Assembly: GCA_039798785.1 (NCBI GenBank)
Contig: JBDKFG010000008.1
Location: 32,001 to 96,000, forward strand
DNA: 64,000 nucleotides
Reading direction: 5' to 3'
Source of the DNA: Verrucomicrobiota bacterium
GTDB taxonomy: Bacteria; Verrucomicrobiota; Lentisphaeria; Lentisphaerales; Lentisphaeraceae
Shown in pieces: positions 39,897-49,193 of this stretch. The stretch's first letter is position 1; every line of letters starts with the position of its first letter. The notes under the pieces were generated by a model that did no database searches, was not told where the DNA came from, and saw nothing but the letters and a program-made list of their open reading frames with translations. The translations under genes and the position numbers were made by a program.

Positions 39897-40026
39897 GAAG
39901 GCACTCCGCCGCCGCGCCGCCTCACAGACAAGATCCATTGCAGCCCTCGTCAACCGTAAGGTCGACGGGGGCTTTCTCCCCCCGCAACAAGGACAGGTGT
40001 TTCTATTTTGTTCTCTACCCTTCAAG

Positions 40027-40232
40027 CTAAATTCCGCAGCAGCGGAATGGAACCGGGTTGAAAGGTTGAAAGGCAAACACATGAACAACAGCGACAAATG
40101 ACGATTCTAGTTCGACCTGCATGACTGCCAGCCGGAGGAGTTGCCGAGCGCCCCCGAACACCATAACCTCTTGCTGTTGTAGCTGATCCTTTCAACCTTT
40201 GAACCTTCCAACCTTTCAACTGCGGTTTTTAG
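40027..40232. mobile_element. MITE-like non-autonomous element, copy 2
   Basis: Near-identical to 13404-13617 but one 8-bp unit shorter; same terminal IRs; flanks CTTCAAG/CTTCAAC. Confidence 0.75.
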
Positions 40233-40300
40233 CTTCAACCCTTGATGACGCAGCATCCGAATCAGGAATCGGTGGTGACTGCTGGAAAACGCCTTTTGTC

Positions 40301-40329
40301 CGTCACATATGCGGGTCGGCGGCAACTCC
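40301..40329 (+). promoter_or_regulatory. Putative ECF-sigma promoter (autoregulatory)
   Basis: CGTCAC-N12-GCGGCAACTCC, repeated with identical spacing at 42202-42230. Confidence 0.55.
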
Positions 40330-40389
40330 AAGAAAACACCCTCCGCTTTTGCGGCGAGGGCATAGATTCGAGAGAGAGGAGGCCAGCGC

Positions 40390-40902
40390 ATGTCGGAGGA
40401 TCGCAACCGCAATTTCCTGCGTCACTATACTCCTGTGCAAGGAGCCTTGATGCGCTACGTCTGCTGCCTGCATCCCAATTTCAGCGAGGTCGAAGACCTG
40501 CTTCAGGATGTGGTGGTGGTGGCTTGGGAGAAGTTTCCAGAATTCGAGGCCCAAGGCGGCGATTTCCGCTCCTGGATTTTCGCCGTCGCGCGTTACAAGA
40601 TCCTCAATTCCAAGCGCCAGTACTTGCGCAGCTGCCGCAAGCTCGACGCCGCCCGCGACAAGCTCGCCGAATCGGCGGCGATCGAACTCGCAAGCGCCAG
40701 CGCCGAGCGCCAGCAGGCCCTGGCCCGCTGCCTCGGCAAGCTCTCCGACAAGCACCAGCAGCTCCTGGCCAGGCGCTACTCCGAAAAAGCAAGCTGCCAG
40801 GACCTGGCAGTCCAGATGCGGCAGAGCGAGACCCAGATCCGCTCGCAGCTCTACCGCCTCCGAAATCTCCTGCGCGACTGCATCACGGAAGCGACCCGAT
40901 GA
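40390..40902 (+). CDS. ECF RNA polymerase sigma factor
   Basis: EVEDLLQDVVVVAWEKF, DFRSWIFAVARY, LARCLGKL...LLARRY...LYRLRNLLRDCI; RBS GAGGAGG. Confidence 0.9.
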   Translation: MSEDRNRNFLRHYTPVQGALMRYVCCLHPNFSEVEDLLQDVVVVAWEKFPEFEAQGGDFRSWIFAVARYKILNSKRQYLRSCRKLDAARDKLAESAAIELASASAERQQALARCLGKLSDKHQQLLARRYSEKASCQDLAVQMRQSETQIRSQLYRLRNLLRDCITEATR

Positions 40903-42152
40903 GCCCGGAACTCGCCATCCTGATCGAAAAATGCCTCGCCGGCGAAGCTGACGAAGCGGAAATGGCGTCAATGGAAGCGCAAATCCACGCCTCCGACGAA
41001 GCCTACCGCGAATATCTCGAACAGGTCAATTTCCTCATCGACATGCGCGACGCCAGTCCGCCCGGCCGCCCGGTCACCCGTTCATCGCCGCCGTCTCGCC
41101 GTCCCGCCCGCCGCCGCGTCGCGCCGGCTGGAAGCCGGGCCTGGCTTCCCTTCGCGCTCGCCGCCAGCCTCCTTCTCGCCGCTCTTCTCATCTTCACCGG
41201 CAAAAAAGGCGCCGAGCCTCAGTTCCTCGTCGCATCCCTCCCCAGGGACGCCAGCATCCTGCGTCAGGGACAGGCCGTCCGCGACGACAAGCTCTACGCC
41301 GGCGATGTCTTGAGTTCCGGCCACGCCGAAATCGATCTGCAGCTTCCCGGCGAGCGCAGCGAGATCCGCCTCGACCCGTCCTCACGGCTGCGGATCTGCC
41401 CGCGACCCGATTTCCGGCTGGAACTGCAGCAGGGCTCCTTCAGCGCCTCGGTGGCGCCGCAGCCGCGCCCCTTCCGCATCGCGACCCCGGAGGCGGCGGT
41501 GACGATCCTAGGAACTCTGTTCTCCCTCAGCCATGATGCCGAGGGCAGCTTGTTGACGGTCAAGCACGGTTGCGTCGAAATGACGGCCCAGGGCCGCAGC
41601 CGCAAGATTTACAGCGGCGAAAGCCTCGCCTCGCGGCAGATGCAGCCACCAGAGACGAGCGCCGCCGTTCTGATCCCGATGAATTCCGCAGGATGGCGCT
41701 ACTCCGACGACGGCCAGCCCGGCCAGGGCTGGCAGCAGCCCGGCTTCGACGATTCCACCTGGAAGATCGGCCAGTGTCCTTTCGCCTATGGAGAGAATTG
41801 CCGCACTCCTCTGACACCGGGAAAAATCACCTATTGCTTCCGGCGGGAATTCTCGCTCCCCGCCGCCATCTCCGCAGAATCACTGGAAATCAATATGCTG
41901 TACGACGACGGAGTCCTGCTCTTCGTCAACGGCATCGAAGTCCTGCGCCGCCGACTGCCGCCCGGCCGGATTGATTCGAACACCCTCGCCCGCTCGCACG
42001 AGGCCAAGCGTCTCAGCCACTACACCATTCCGGCATCAGGCCTGAAACCCGGTCGCAACATCATCGCCGTCGAGCTTCACAACCGCTCGCCCGAGAGCAC
42101 TGACATCTATCTCAATATGGAATTGAAAGCGAAGCCACCGGCACAGCCCTGA
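40899..42152 (+). CDS. FecR-type anti-sigma factor with a C-terminal beta-sandwich sensor domain
   Basis: ATGA overlap with the sigma gene; N-terminal anti-sigma helices, TM WLPFALAASLLLAALLIF, FecR LQQG...FRIATPEAAVTILGTLF...VKHGCV; C-terminal FDDSTW...YDDG...IAVELHN domain. Confidence 0.85.
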   Translation: MSPELAILIEKCLAGEADEAEMASMEAQIHASDEAYREYLEQVNFLIDMRDASPPGRPVTRSSPPSRRPARRRVAPAGSRAWLPFALAASLLLAALLIFTGKKGAEPQFLVASLPRDASILRQGQAVRDDKLYAGDVLSSGHAEIDLQLPGERSEIRLDPSSRLRICPRPDFRLELQQGSFSASVAPQPRPFRIATPEAAVTILGTLFSLSHDAEGSLLTVKHGCVEMTAQGRSRKIYSGESLASRQMQPPETSAAVLIPMNSAGWRYSDDGQPGQGWQQPGFDDSTWKIGQCPFAYGENCRTPLTPGKITYCFRREFSLPAAISAESLEINMLYDDGVLLFVNGIEVLRRRLPPGRIDSNTLARSHEAKRLSHYTIPASGLKPGRNIIAVELHNRSPESTDIYLNMELKAKPPAQP

Positions 42153-42201
42153 GAAAGCGCGGATCTCTTTAAAATAAAAAAACGGAAAATCAACCGATCC
42201 T

Positions 42202-42230
42202 CGTCACGCCAGCCCAGCTGCGGCAACTCC
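42202..42230 (+). promoter_or_regulatory. Putative ECF-sigma promoter of the phosphatase gene
   Basis: CGTCAC-N12-GCGGCAACTCC, 43 nt upstream of the ATG at 42274. Confidence 0.55.
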
Positions 42231-42273
42231 TGTGTCAAGCCATCACGGCCCAAACCGACACAAGGAAGCCTTC

Positions 42274-45200
42274 ATGACACACCGAAGCCCGTCAAAATGG
42301 CAGATCGCCTGCGCCAGCCTGCTGCTCGCCATTTCCTCTCTCGCCGCCGACACCTTGATCCCCGACAGCGCTCCGAACTGGAAATCCAAGACCGACGGCT
42401 CCGACCAGGGCACCGCCTGGAAAACCGCCAGCTTCGATGACTCGACCTGGACCCTCGGTACCGCCTCCTTTGGTTATGGCGACCCCTCGACCACCGTGGT
42501 CACCGCCAACAAGATCACCTACTACTTCCGCAAGACCTTCACCGTCGCCGACCCCGCCGCCTACACCGCACTCACCCTGCGGATGAACTACGATGACGGT
42601 TTCGCCGTCTACATCAACGGCACCGAAGTGAAGCGCGTCGGCATCGCCGCCGGCGCCACCTACACCAGTACCGCAGCCAACCACGAATCCGGCGCCTGGG
42701 AGACCTTCTCCATCCCCGCCGGAACCCTGGTCGCAGGCAGCAACGTCATCGCCGTCGAAGTCCACAACCAGGCGGCCAGCAGCTCCGACCTCTTCTTCAA
42801 CCTCGGCCTTGTCGGCGAGACCTCGCCGCAGCTGGCCCGTGTCCCCTACCTGCAGATGGGCGGCCCGGATCGCATGACCGTCCGCTGGCGCACCAACATC
42901 CCGGTCATCGGCCGCGTCCGCTACGGCACCACGCAAGGAGCTCTCAACCTCACTGCCAGCGAGTCCGCCGCCACCACCGAACACGAAGTCACCCTCACTG
43001 GCCTGACGTCCCAGACCAAGTACTTCTACGCCGTCGGCGACGCCGTCAATGGCGACCTCGCCGGCAACACCGCCAACCACCACTTCGAGACCTCGCCCGC
43101 CATCGGCGCCGACGTCCCCACCCGCGTCTGGGTGATCGGCGACGCCGGCACCAACGACGCCAACCAGACCGCCGTCTTCAACGCCTTTAAAGCCCGCTCA
43201 GCCGGCACCTACACCGACCTGATGATCATGCTCGGCGACAACGCCTACAACAACGGCACCGACGCCCTCGCCCAGAACGCCGTCTTCAACATGTATGCCG
43301 ACATCCTCCGCCAGACTCCCGCCTGGTCGTGCATCGGCAACCACGAGAACGACTACGACTCCGGCGGCGTCGGCTACTACCAGTACATGAGCCTGCCCAA
43401 GCAGGCCCGCAGCGACGGCCTCTCCTCCGGCGTCAACTCCGGCACCGAAGCCTACTACTCCTTCGACCACGGCCAGATCCACTTCATCTGCCTCGACTCG
43501 GCCAGCTCCCAGGATTACACCACTGCCGGCGCCATGTACAAATGGGCCGAACAGGACTTGCAGCAGAACACCGGCAAGTTCGTCATCGCCTTCTGGCACC
43601 ACCCGCCCTACACCAAGGGCAGCCACAACTCCGACACCGAATCCCGCCTGATCACCATGCGCAGCACATTCCTGCCGCTCTTCGAACAGTACGGCGTCGA
43701 CCTCGTCCTCAACGGCCACAGCCACAGCTACGAGCGCAGCAAGTTCATCGACGGCCACTACGGCCTCTCCTCTACCTTCAATCCGGCCTTGAAGTCGGCC
43801 GGCGGCCATGTCGTCCAGTCCGGCAGCGGCGATGACTCCAGCCCCTATCTCAAACCCGCCACCCGCAGCGCCCGCTCCGGCGTCGTCTACAACCTCGCCG
43901 GCAGCTCCGGCAAGATCAGCGGCGGCACCCTCGACCACCCCGCGATGGAAAAAAGTCTTAACGTCCTCGGCTCGGTGCTGATCACCGTCTCGGGCGACAC
44001 CCTGCACGCCGACTTTATCGACAGCACCAACACCATCCGCGATACCTACGTCATCAAGAAGTCCGCCGCCAACCAGGCTCCCGTCGCCAGCCCCCAGAAC
44101 GTCAGCACCAGTGAAGACAGCGCACAAGCCATCGCCCTCAGCGCCACCGACGCCGAAGCCACCGCCCTGACCTACTCCATCGTCAGCCAGCCGGCCCACG
44201 GCACCTTGTCCGGTTCCGGAGCCAACTGGACCTACACTCCAGCTGCCAACTACAACGGACCCGACTCCTTCACTTTCAAGGCCAATGACGGCTCGCTCGA
44301 CTCCAACGTCGCCACCGTCTCGCTAACTGTCAATCCGGTCAACGACGCGCCGGTCGCCGTGGATCAAGCCCTCAACACCGCCGCCAACACCGCCGTCGCC
44401 CTCGTCCTGAGCGCCAACGATGCCGATGGCGATGCCTTGAGCTACGCCATCGTCACTCAGCCCGCCCACGGCACCCTCAGCGGCTCGGGCAGCAGCTGGA
44501 CCTACACTCCCGCCAACGGCTACAGCGGCACCGATTCCTTCACCTTCAAAGCCAATGACGGCACGATCGATTCCAACCTCGCCACCGTCACCGTCACCAC
44601 CGCTCCGCCCGTCATCGTCAACTCCGCCCCGGTCGCCAGCAACAGCTCCGCCAGCACCAACGAAGACACGGCAGTGGCTCTTGTCCTCGCCGCCACGGAT
44701 GTCGATGGCAATCCCCTGACTTACTCCATCGTCAGCCAGCCCACAAAAGGCACTCTCAGCGGCTCCGGCGCCAACTGGACCTACACTCCCGCGACCAACA
44801 CCAACGGACCCGACAGCTTCACCTTCAAGGCCAACGACGGCTCGCTCGACTCCAACGTCGCCACCGTCTCGCTGACCGTCAATCCGGTCAACGACGCTCC
44901 GGTCGCCAACGGCCAAAGCATCGCAGCCACTGAAGACACCGCCAAAACCCTGGTCCTCGGCGCCACTGATGTCGACGGCAATGCCTTGACCTACACCATC
45001 GTTGCCGCCCCCACCAAGGGCACTCTCAGCGGCACCGCCCCCAACCTCACCTACACCCCCAACGCCAACTACAACGGCGCCGACAGCTTCACCTTCAAGG
45101 CCAACGACGGCACGGTCGATTCCAATGTCGCCACGGTCAGCCTCAGCATCGCCGCCGTCAACGACGCGCCGGTCGCCAAGGCCCTCGGCTACGCCACCTC

Positions 45201-46779
45201 CCAGGACACCGCCAAAGCCGTCACTCTCAGCGCCACCGACGTCGAAGGCAGCGCCCTGACTTACACCTTGGTCGCTTCGCCCCTGCACGGCAGCTTGAGC
45301 GGCTCCGGCAGCGCCCTCACCTACACCCCCGCGCTCGGCTACGTCGGCACCGACTCCTTCACCTACAAAGCCAATGACGGCACGGTCGATTCCGCCGTCG
45401 CCACCGTCAGCTTCAGCATCACCCCCGCCGATGGCCAGCTGCTCTACTACAAGCTCAACGAAGGCAGCGGCACCGTCGCCACCGACAGCTCCGCCTTCGC
45501 CCGCAACGGCACCCTGACCAATGGCCCCATCTGGATCACCGGACAGGAAGGCTCGGCGGTCAACCTCGACGGCGTCGATGACCAGGTCACCGGCCCGACC
45601 CTGAACCTGACCACAAACGTCATGACCATGTGCGGTTGGGTGAAGCGCAACGGCGCCCAAGTGGACTACGCCGGCCTGATCTTCTGCCGCGGCGGCACCA
45701 CCGTCTCCGGCCTCGACATCAAAGCCACCGGCGAACTGCGCTACCACTGGAATGACCGCTCCGCCACTTACAGCTTCGCCAGCGGCCTGATCATCCCTGA
45801 CCAGACCTGGACCTTCGTCGCCATCGCCGTCGAACCCACCAAGGCCACCTTGGTCATGCGCCCCGCCGGCGGCACCCTGAGCAGCGCCGTCAACACCGTC
45901 GCCCACGATGTCGACGAGTTCAACTCCTCACTCCTCCTCGGTCGCGACACCAGCGGCAGCCGCCGCTTCAAAGGCGCCATCGATGAAGTCCGCGTTTACA
46001 GCCGCACCCTGAGCCTGGCCGAATTGACCACTCTGTCCAACCTCGGCGCCCCCGCCGCGATGAAGGCCCAGACACTCGCCAAAACCGCGACCAAGCCAGT
46101 CAAGGCCAAGCTCAGCCCCAGCCGCGCCGTCTTCCTCGCTGACGAGACCCTGAGCTTTGACTACGCCGGCCTCCCCGGCAAAGCCAGCGACTGGCTCGCC
46201 GTCTACCCGAAAGGTGCCAACGACCTCAGCTTCCTCGGTCAGGTCAACCTCGGCAAAACCAGCGGCAAGGCCGTCATCGCCGGCCTGAGCCTGGCCGATG
46301 GCGACTACGAAGCCCGCGTCTTCGCCAACGGCACCTTCAGCCTCCTCGCCAAGACTTCCTTCCGCGTCCAGTCGGAGTTCCGCCTCGAACGCCTGGTTAG
46401 CAATGCCGCCGCCCAGCGTCACGGCCTCGGCCTCGCTCTCCCCGGTGGCGACTTCTGGCAGGCTCAAGCCGGCGACACCGGCCTGATCAGCGCCACCCTC
46501 GCCGAAGGCCTCCGCGCCGGCGATTACCTCGCCAGCGTCGAGCTCCAGCACCAGGCCTTGCCCGGCACCGTCCTCGGCACCCTGCAAGTGGTCCAGGACG
46601 GCCGCGTCATCGCCAGTGTCGAAGTGCTCGCCGAAGCCTACCCGAAAGCCAAGGCGCAGCTCTCCACCCTGCCCTTCAACCTCGACCCCAGCGGCGACGT
46701 CGAACTGTTGTTCCTCAGCTCCGGCAAGGCCGCCGTCGCAACGGGCACCATGAGCCTGCTGCCGGTGGAAAAACCCTGA
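42274..46779 (+). CDS. Large secreted purple-acid-phosphatase-family metallophosphoesterase with N-terminal beta-sandwich, FN3-like domain, five Ig-like (tandem-95) repeats and a LamG domain
   Basis: Signal peptide; PAP motifs IGDAG, LGDNAY, IGNHE, WHHPPY, NGHSHSYER; repeats N(D/Q/S)APVA...TYTP...DSFTFKANDG; LamG YYKLNEGSG...FKGAIDEVRVYSRTLS. Confidence 0.9.
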   Translation: MTHRSPSKWQIACASLLLAISSLAADTLIPDSAPNWKSKTDGSDQGTAWKTASFDDSTWTLGTASFGYGDPSTTVVTANKITYYFRKTFTVADPAAYTALTLRMNYDDGFAVYINGTEVKRVGIAAGATYTSTAANHESGAWETFSIPAGTLVAGSNVIAVEVHNQAASSSDLFFNLGLVGETSPQLARVPYLQMGGPDRMTVRWRTNIPVIGRVRYGTTQGALNLTASESAATTEHEVTLTGLTSQTKYFYAVGDAVNGDLAGNTANHHFETSPAIGADVPTRVWVIGDAGTNDANQTAVFNAFKARSAGTYTDLMIMLGDNAYNNGTDALAQNAVFNMYADILRQTPAWSCIGNHENDYDSGGVGYYQYMSLPKQARSDGLSSGVNSGTEAYYSFDHGQIHFICLDSASSQDYTTAGAMYKWAEQDLQQNTGKFVIAFWHHPPYTKGSHNSDTESRLITMRSTFLPLFEQYGVDLVLNGHSHSYERSKFIDGHYGLSSTFNPALKSAGGHVVQSGSGDDSSPYLKPATRSARSGVVYNLAGSSGKISGGTLDHPAMEKSLNVLGSVLITVSGDTLHADFIDSTNTIRDTYVIKKSAANQAPVASPQNVSTSEDSAQAIALSATDAEATALTYSIVSQPAHGTLSGSGANWTYTPAANYNGPDSFTFKANDGSLDSNVATVSLTVNPVNDAPVAVDQALNTAANTAVALVLSANDADGDALSYAIVTQPAHGTLSGSGSSWTYTPANGYSGTDSFTFKANDGTIDSNLATVTVTTAPPVIVNSAPVASNSSASTNEDTAVALVLAATDVDGNPLTYSIVSQPTKGTLSGSGANWTYTPATNTNGPDSFTFKANDGSLDSNVATVSLTVNPVNDAPVANGQSIAATEDTAKTLVLGATDVDGNALTYTIVAAPTKGTLSGTAPNLTYTPNANYNGADSFTFKANDGTVDSNVATVSLSIAAVNDAPVAKALGYATSQDTAKAVTLSATDVEGSALTYTLVASPLHGSLSGSGSALTYTPALGYVGTDSFTYKANDGTVDSAVATVSFSITPADGQLLYYKLNEGSGTVATDSSAFARNGTLTNGPIWITGQEGSAVNLDGVDDQVTGPTLNLTTNVMTMCGWVKRNGAQVDYAGLIFCRGGTTVSGLDIKATGELRYHWNDRSATYSFASGLIIPDQTWTFVAIAVEPTKATLVMRPAGGTLSSAVNTVAHDVDEFNSSLLLGRDTSGSRRFKGAIDEVRVYSRTLSLAELTTLSNLGAPAAMKAQTLAKTATKPVKAKLSPSRAVFLADETLSFDYAGLPGKASDWLAVYPKGANDLSFLGQVNLGKTSGKAVIAGLSLADGDYEARVFANGTFSLLAKTSFRVQSEFRLERLVSNAAAQRHGLGLALPGGDFWQAQAGDTGLISATLAEGLRAGDYLASVELQHQALPGTVLGTLQVVQDGRVIASVEVLAEAYPKAKAQLSTLPFNLDPSGDVELLFLSSGKAAVATGTMSLLPVEKP
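44071..45423 (+). repeat. Five intragenic ~90-95-aa Ig-like repeats
   Basis: Repeats begin NQAPVA, NDAPVA, NSAPVA, NDAPVA, NDAPVA, with high DNA similarity. Confidence 0.9.
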
Positions 46780-46792
46780 AGCCGCGCCAATG

Positions 46793-46824
46793 GCCCGCCG
46801 TCCCGCAAGGACGGCGGGCTTGTT
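46793..46824. terminator. Hairpin terminator after the phosphatase
   Basis: GCCCGCCGTCC-cgcaa-GGACGGCGGGC then TTGTT. Confidence 0.65.
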
Positions 46825-46847
46825 CGTGGCGAAAATGCTTCGAAAAA

Positions 46848-47285
46848 CTAGGGTTCGATTCTTGGATCCCATGAAGTTTTTAACTTATGAGACTGTAAAA
46901 AATCTAGTAAAATCTCGGCGTCACCACCTTTGCAAATATACAATACAGATTTTTTATTCGATAAACTTATAAATAAAGCCAGTGTCTTTTGCCCATATTT
47001 TGGTCTAATCATAGGGAACTTCTTTTCTAAAATAAATTTTTCATTTTCATTGTTGTGATACACTTTTACAAACTTATACCAAAACAAAAATAGAGATTTA
47101 TTATCATCAATGACGTACACAATTGGCCTTAGAGGATTTGAAATTATTACTAATGCAAAAAGAGAAATAAAAAGGCACGCTTCAGACCCGAAGAATATGA
47201 ATTGAAAACATATAATTGCTAGAATGAAAATATCCCCAATATCCAGACTGGTTCCAATGAGTTTAAAACTTGATTTAAATACCAT
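46848..47285 (-). CDS. AT-rich hypothetical membrane protein
   Basis: 145-aa ORF with two N-terminal hydrophobic segments in a sharply AT-rich patch. Confidence 0.55.
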   Translation of the reverse strand: MVFKSSFKLIGTSLDIGDIFILAIICFQFIFFGSEACLFISLFALVIISNPLRPIVYVIDDNKSLFLFWYKFVKVYHNNENEKFILEKKFPMIRPKYGQKTLALFISLSNKKSVLYICKGGDAEILLDFLQSHKLKTSWDPRIEP

Positions 47286-47518
47286 GGTTCACACCTACAT
47301 GTGGTTAGCTTGTTGGGGGCACTGATGCGCACCGCGCGGGGCTTCAGGCCCGAAAATCAGGGCCAGGACCTTTTTGCATACCGGATCTTAGCTCCAAGCG
47401 CAAAAATGTCGTCTATCACACTTCGCGGACTTCGCAGTCCGAAGGATGCCCCATCAACGCCAGTGCTTGGCAAATTGTCACGTCGCGGTTTCTTCTCAGC
47501 AACTCCAGGAGATCCTCC

Positions 47519-48355
47519 ATGCGCTTCCTCCGGCTCGCCATCCTCTTCGCCATCCTTCCCGTGCCTCTGCTCGCCCACGGCGACCTACACGACCGCATCG
47601 ACGCGATCACCGAAAAACTTGCCGCCGCACCCAATCAGCCGGCCCTGCTGCTCGAGCGTTCCGACCTCCATTTCCAGCATGAAGAATACGACCAGGCGCT
47701 GCGCGACCTGCTCCTCGCCGAACGCCTCGATCCCAAAGCCGCCGCCTTCCCCCTCCTTCGCGCCCGGGCCTACATCCCCGCCGGCTTCCCTCGCCTCGGC
47801 ATCGAAGAGCTGCGGCCCCTCGTCGCCGCCCAACCCAAACACGGCCAGGCCTGGCTGATGCTGGCGCAAGCTCAACTCGCCACCAAGCAGATGAAAGAGG
47901 CAGCCCTCTCCTACGACCAGGCCGTCGCCACCCTCGACCGGGTCGAGCCGCAGATCATCCTCGAACAATGCCGCGCCTGGGCCGGCAGCAAAGGCGGCGA
48001 AGCCACCGCCCTCTTGCGGATCGAAAGCGCTCTGAAATCGCTGGGAGCGGAAATCCCCGCCCTGGTCGATGCCCACATCGATCTCCTCGTCCTCAACGGC
48101 AAGCTCGACGCCGCCTGCGCCAGCCTCGACCGCCAGGCCGCCCGACTCAACCGCAAAGACGCCGTCCTGCTCAAGAAGGCGGAGCTCCTGGAAAGCCAGC
48201 TGCGCTATCCCGAGGCGCGGCAGGCCCTGAATGCCGCACGCGACAACCTCGCCTCATTGCCCGAACATGTCCGGCAGCGGCCCGATGTCATCGAGGCGGC
48301 CGCGAAAATCGCCGTTCGCCTCGAATTGCTGCGACGCCGCCTTGACGGCCCCTGA
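47519..48355 (+). CDS. Secreted tetratricopeptide-repeat protein
   Basis: Signal peptide ending LLA, then HGDLHDRI and TPR-like helices; RBS AGGAG; paralogue of 921..1745. Confidence 0.78.
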   Translation: MRFLRLAILFAILPVPLLAHGDLHDRIDAITEKLAAAPNQPALLLERSDLHFQHEEYDQALRDLLLAERLDPKAAAFPLLRARAYIPAGFPRLGIEELRPLVAAQPKHGQAWLMLAQAQLATKQMKEAALSYDQAVATLDRVEPQIILEQCRAWAGSKGGEATALLRIESALKSLGAEIPALVDAHIDLLVLNGKLDAACASLDRQAARLNRKDAVLLKKAELLESQLRYPEARQALNAARDNLASLPEHVRQRPDVIEAAAKIAVRLELLRRRLDGP

Positions 48356-48445
48356 GCTACATCGGCCTATTTCCCCGGCGTATTTGTAACCTTGTTCGTC
48401 CTAGGCAGCATTCTTGAATGAAGTCCAACCCACGGAGAAACCGAC

Positions 48446-49141
48446 ATGAAAGCCGTCCTGCCCTTGCTGATCTTCGCTCCGATGCTTTTCGCGGGGGACC
48501 CCGCCCAAGGCAAGAAAAACGCCAGTGAGGCCGTCGAGATGCCCGCCATGGAGCCGGCATCCCCCCCACCTCAGGAGACCGATCTGCTCAAAGACGGCCT
48601 CAAGAACTGGTTCTTCGACCGCAAAGGCGTCGACATCTCCAGTGTCGCCAAGATAGAAGCCGGCGTCCTCAAGCTCAGCGGCAAGCCTGTCGGCTCGCTG
48701 ATCAGCCGTGCGGCCTACAAGGACTACGAGATCGAAGTCGAATGGCGCTGGCCCGGCAAGCCCGGCAATGGCGGCGTCCTGCCCCACGTCTCCACTCCCA
48801 ACCAGATCGGCGTCTGGCCGCGCTCGATGGAATGCCAGATCCTTAACGGCCGAGCCGCCGAATTTCTCGCCATCCCCCGCGCCTTGCCCTTCGAGGCCAG
48901 GCCCGGACCCAATAAGGGCGGCGTTGCAAAACGCGCCGCCGAAGCCGCAGAAAAACCTCTAGGCGAATGGAACAACATGCGCATCCAGTGCCGAGGCAAC
49001 GCCTTCAAGATCTGGCTCAACGGAGTCCTCGCCAACGAATGCAGCGGCTGGCCCGATGCCGCCGGCCCCTTCGCCCTGCAGAACGAAGGCACCCCCTACG
49101 AATACCGCAAAGTCATCGTCCGCCCCCTGCCGAAGGAATAG
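48446..49141 (+). CDS. DUF1080 (3-keto-disaccharide hydrolase) domain protein
   Basis: YKDYEIEVEWRW, GNGGVL, WPRSMECQI, EKPLGEWN, FALQNEG...YRKV. Confidence 0.85.
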   Translation: MKAVLPLLIFAPMLFAGDPAQGKKNASEAVEMPAMEPASPPPQETDLLKDGLKNWFFDRKGVDISSVAKIEAGVLKLSGKPVGSLISRAAYKDYEIEVEWRWPGKPGNGGVLPHVSTPNQIGVWPRSMECQILNGRAAEFLAIPRALPFEARPGPNKGGVAKRAAEAAEKPLGEWNNMRIQCRGNAFKIWLNGVLANECSGWPDAAGPFALQNEGTPYEYRKVIVRPLPKE

Positions 49142-49193
49142 ATGCGGGCTCACCCATCCACTTGATCTCCTTCGGGTGCCGAGGAGCTGAAAA

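Noticed and set aside
40242..40898. N-terminal extension of the FecR ORF
   Set aside because: It overlaps the ECF sigma gene; the ATGA-coupled start at 40899 is more plausible.
44071..45423. Long DNA repeats as a mobile element or diversity-generating cassette
   Set aside because: They are in-frame Ig-like domain repeats inside one protein; no reverse transcriptase or adenine-specific variation was seen.
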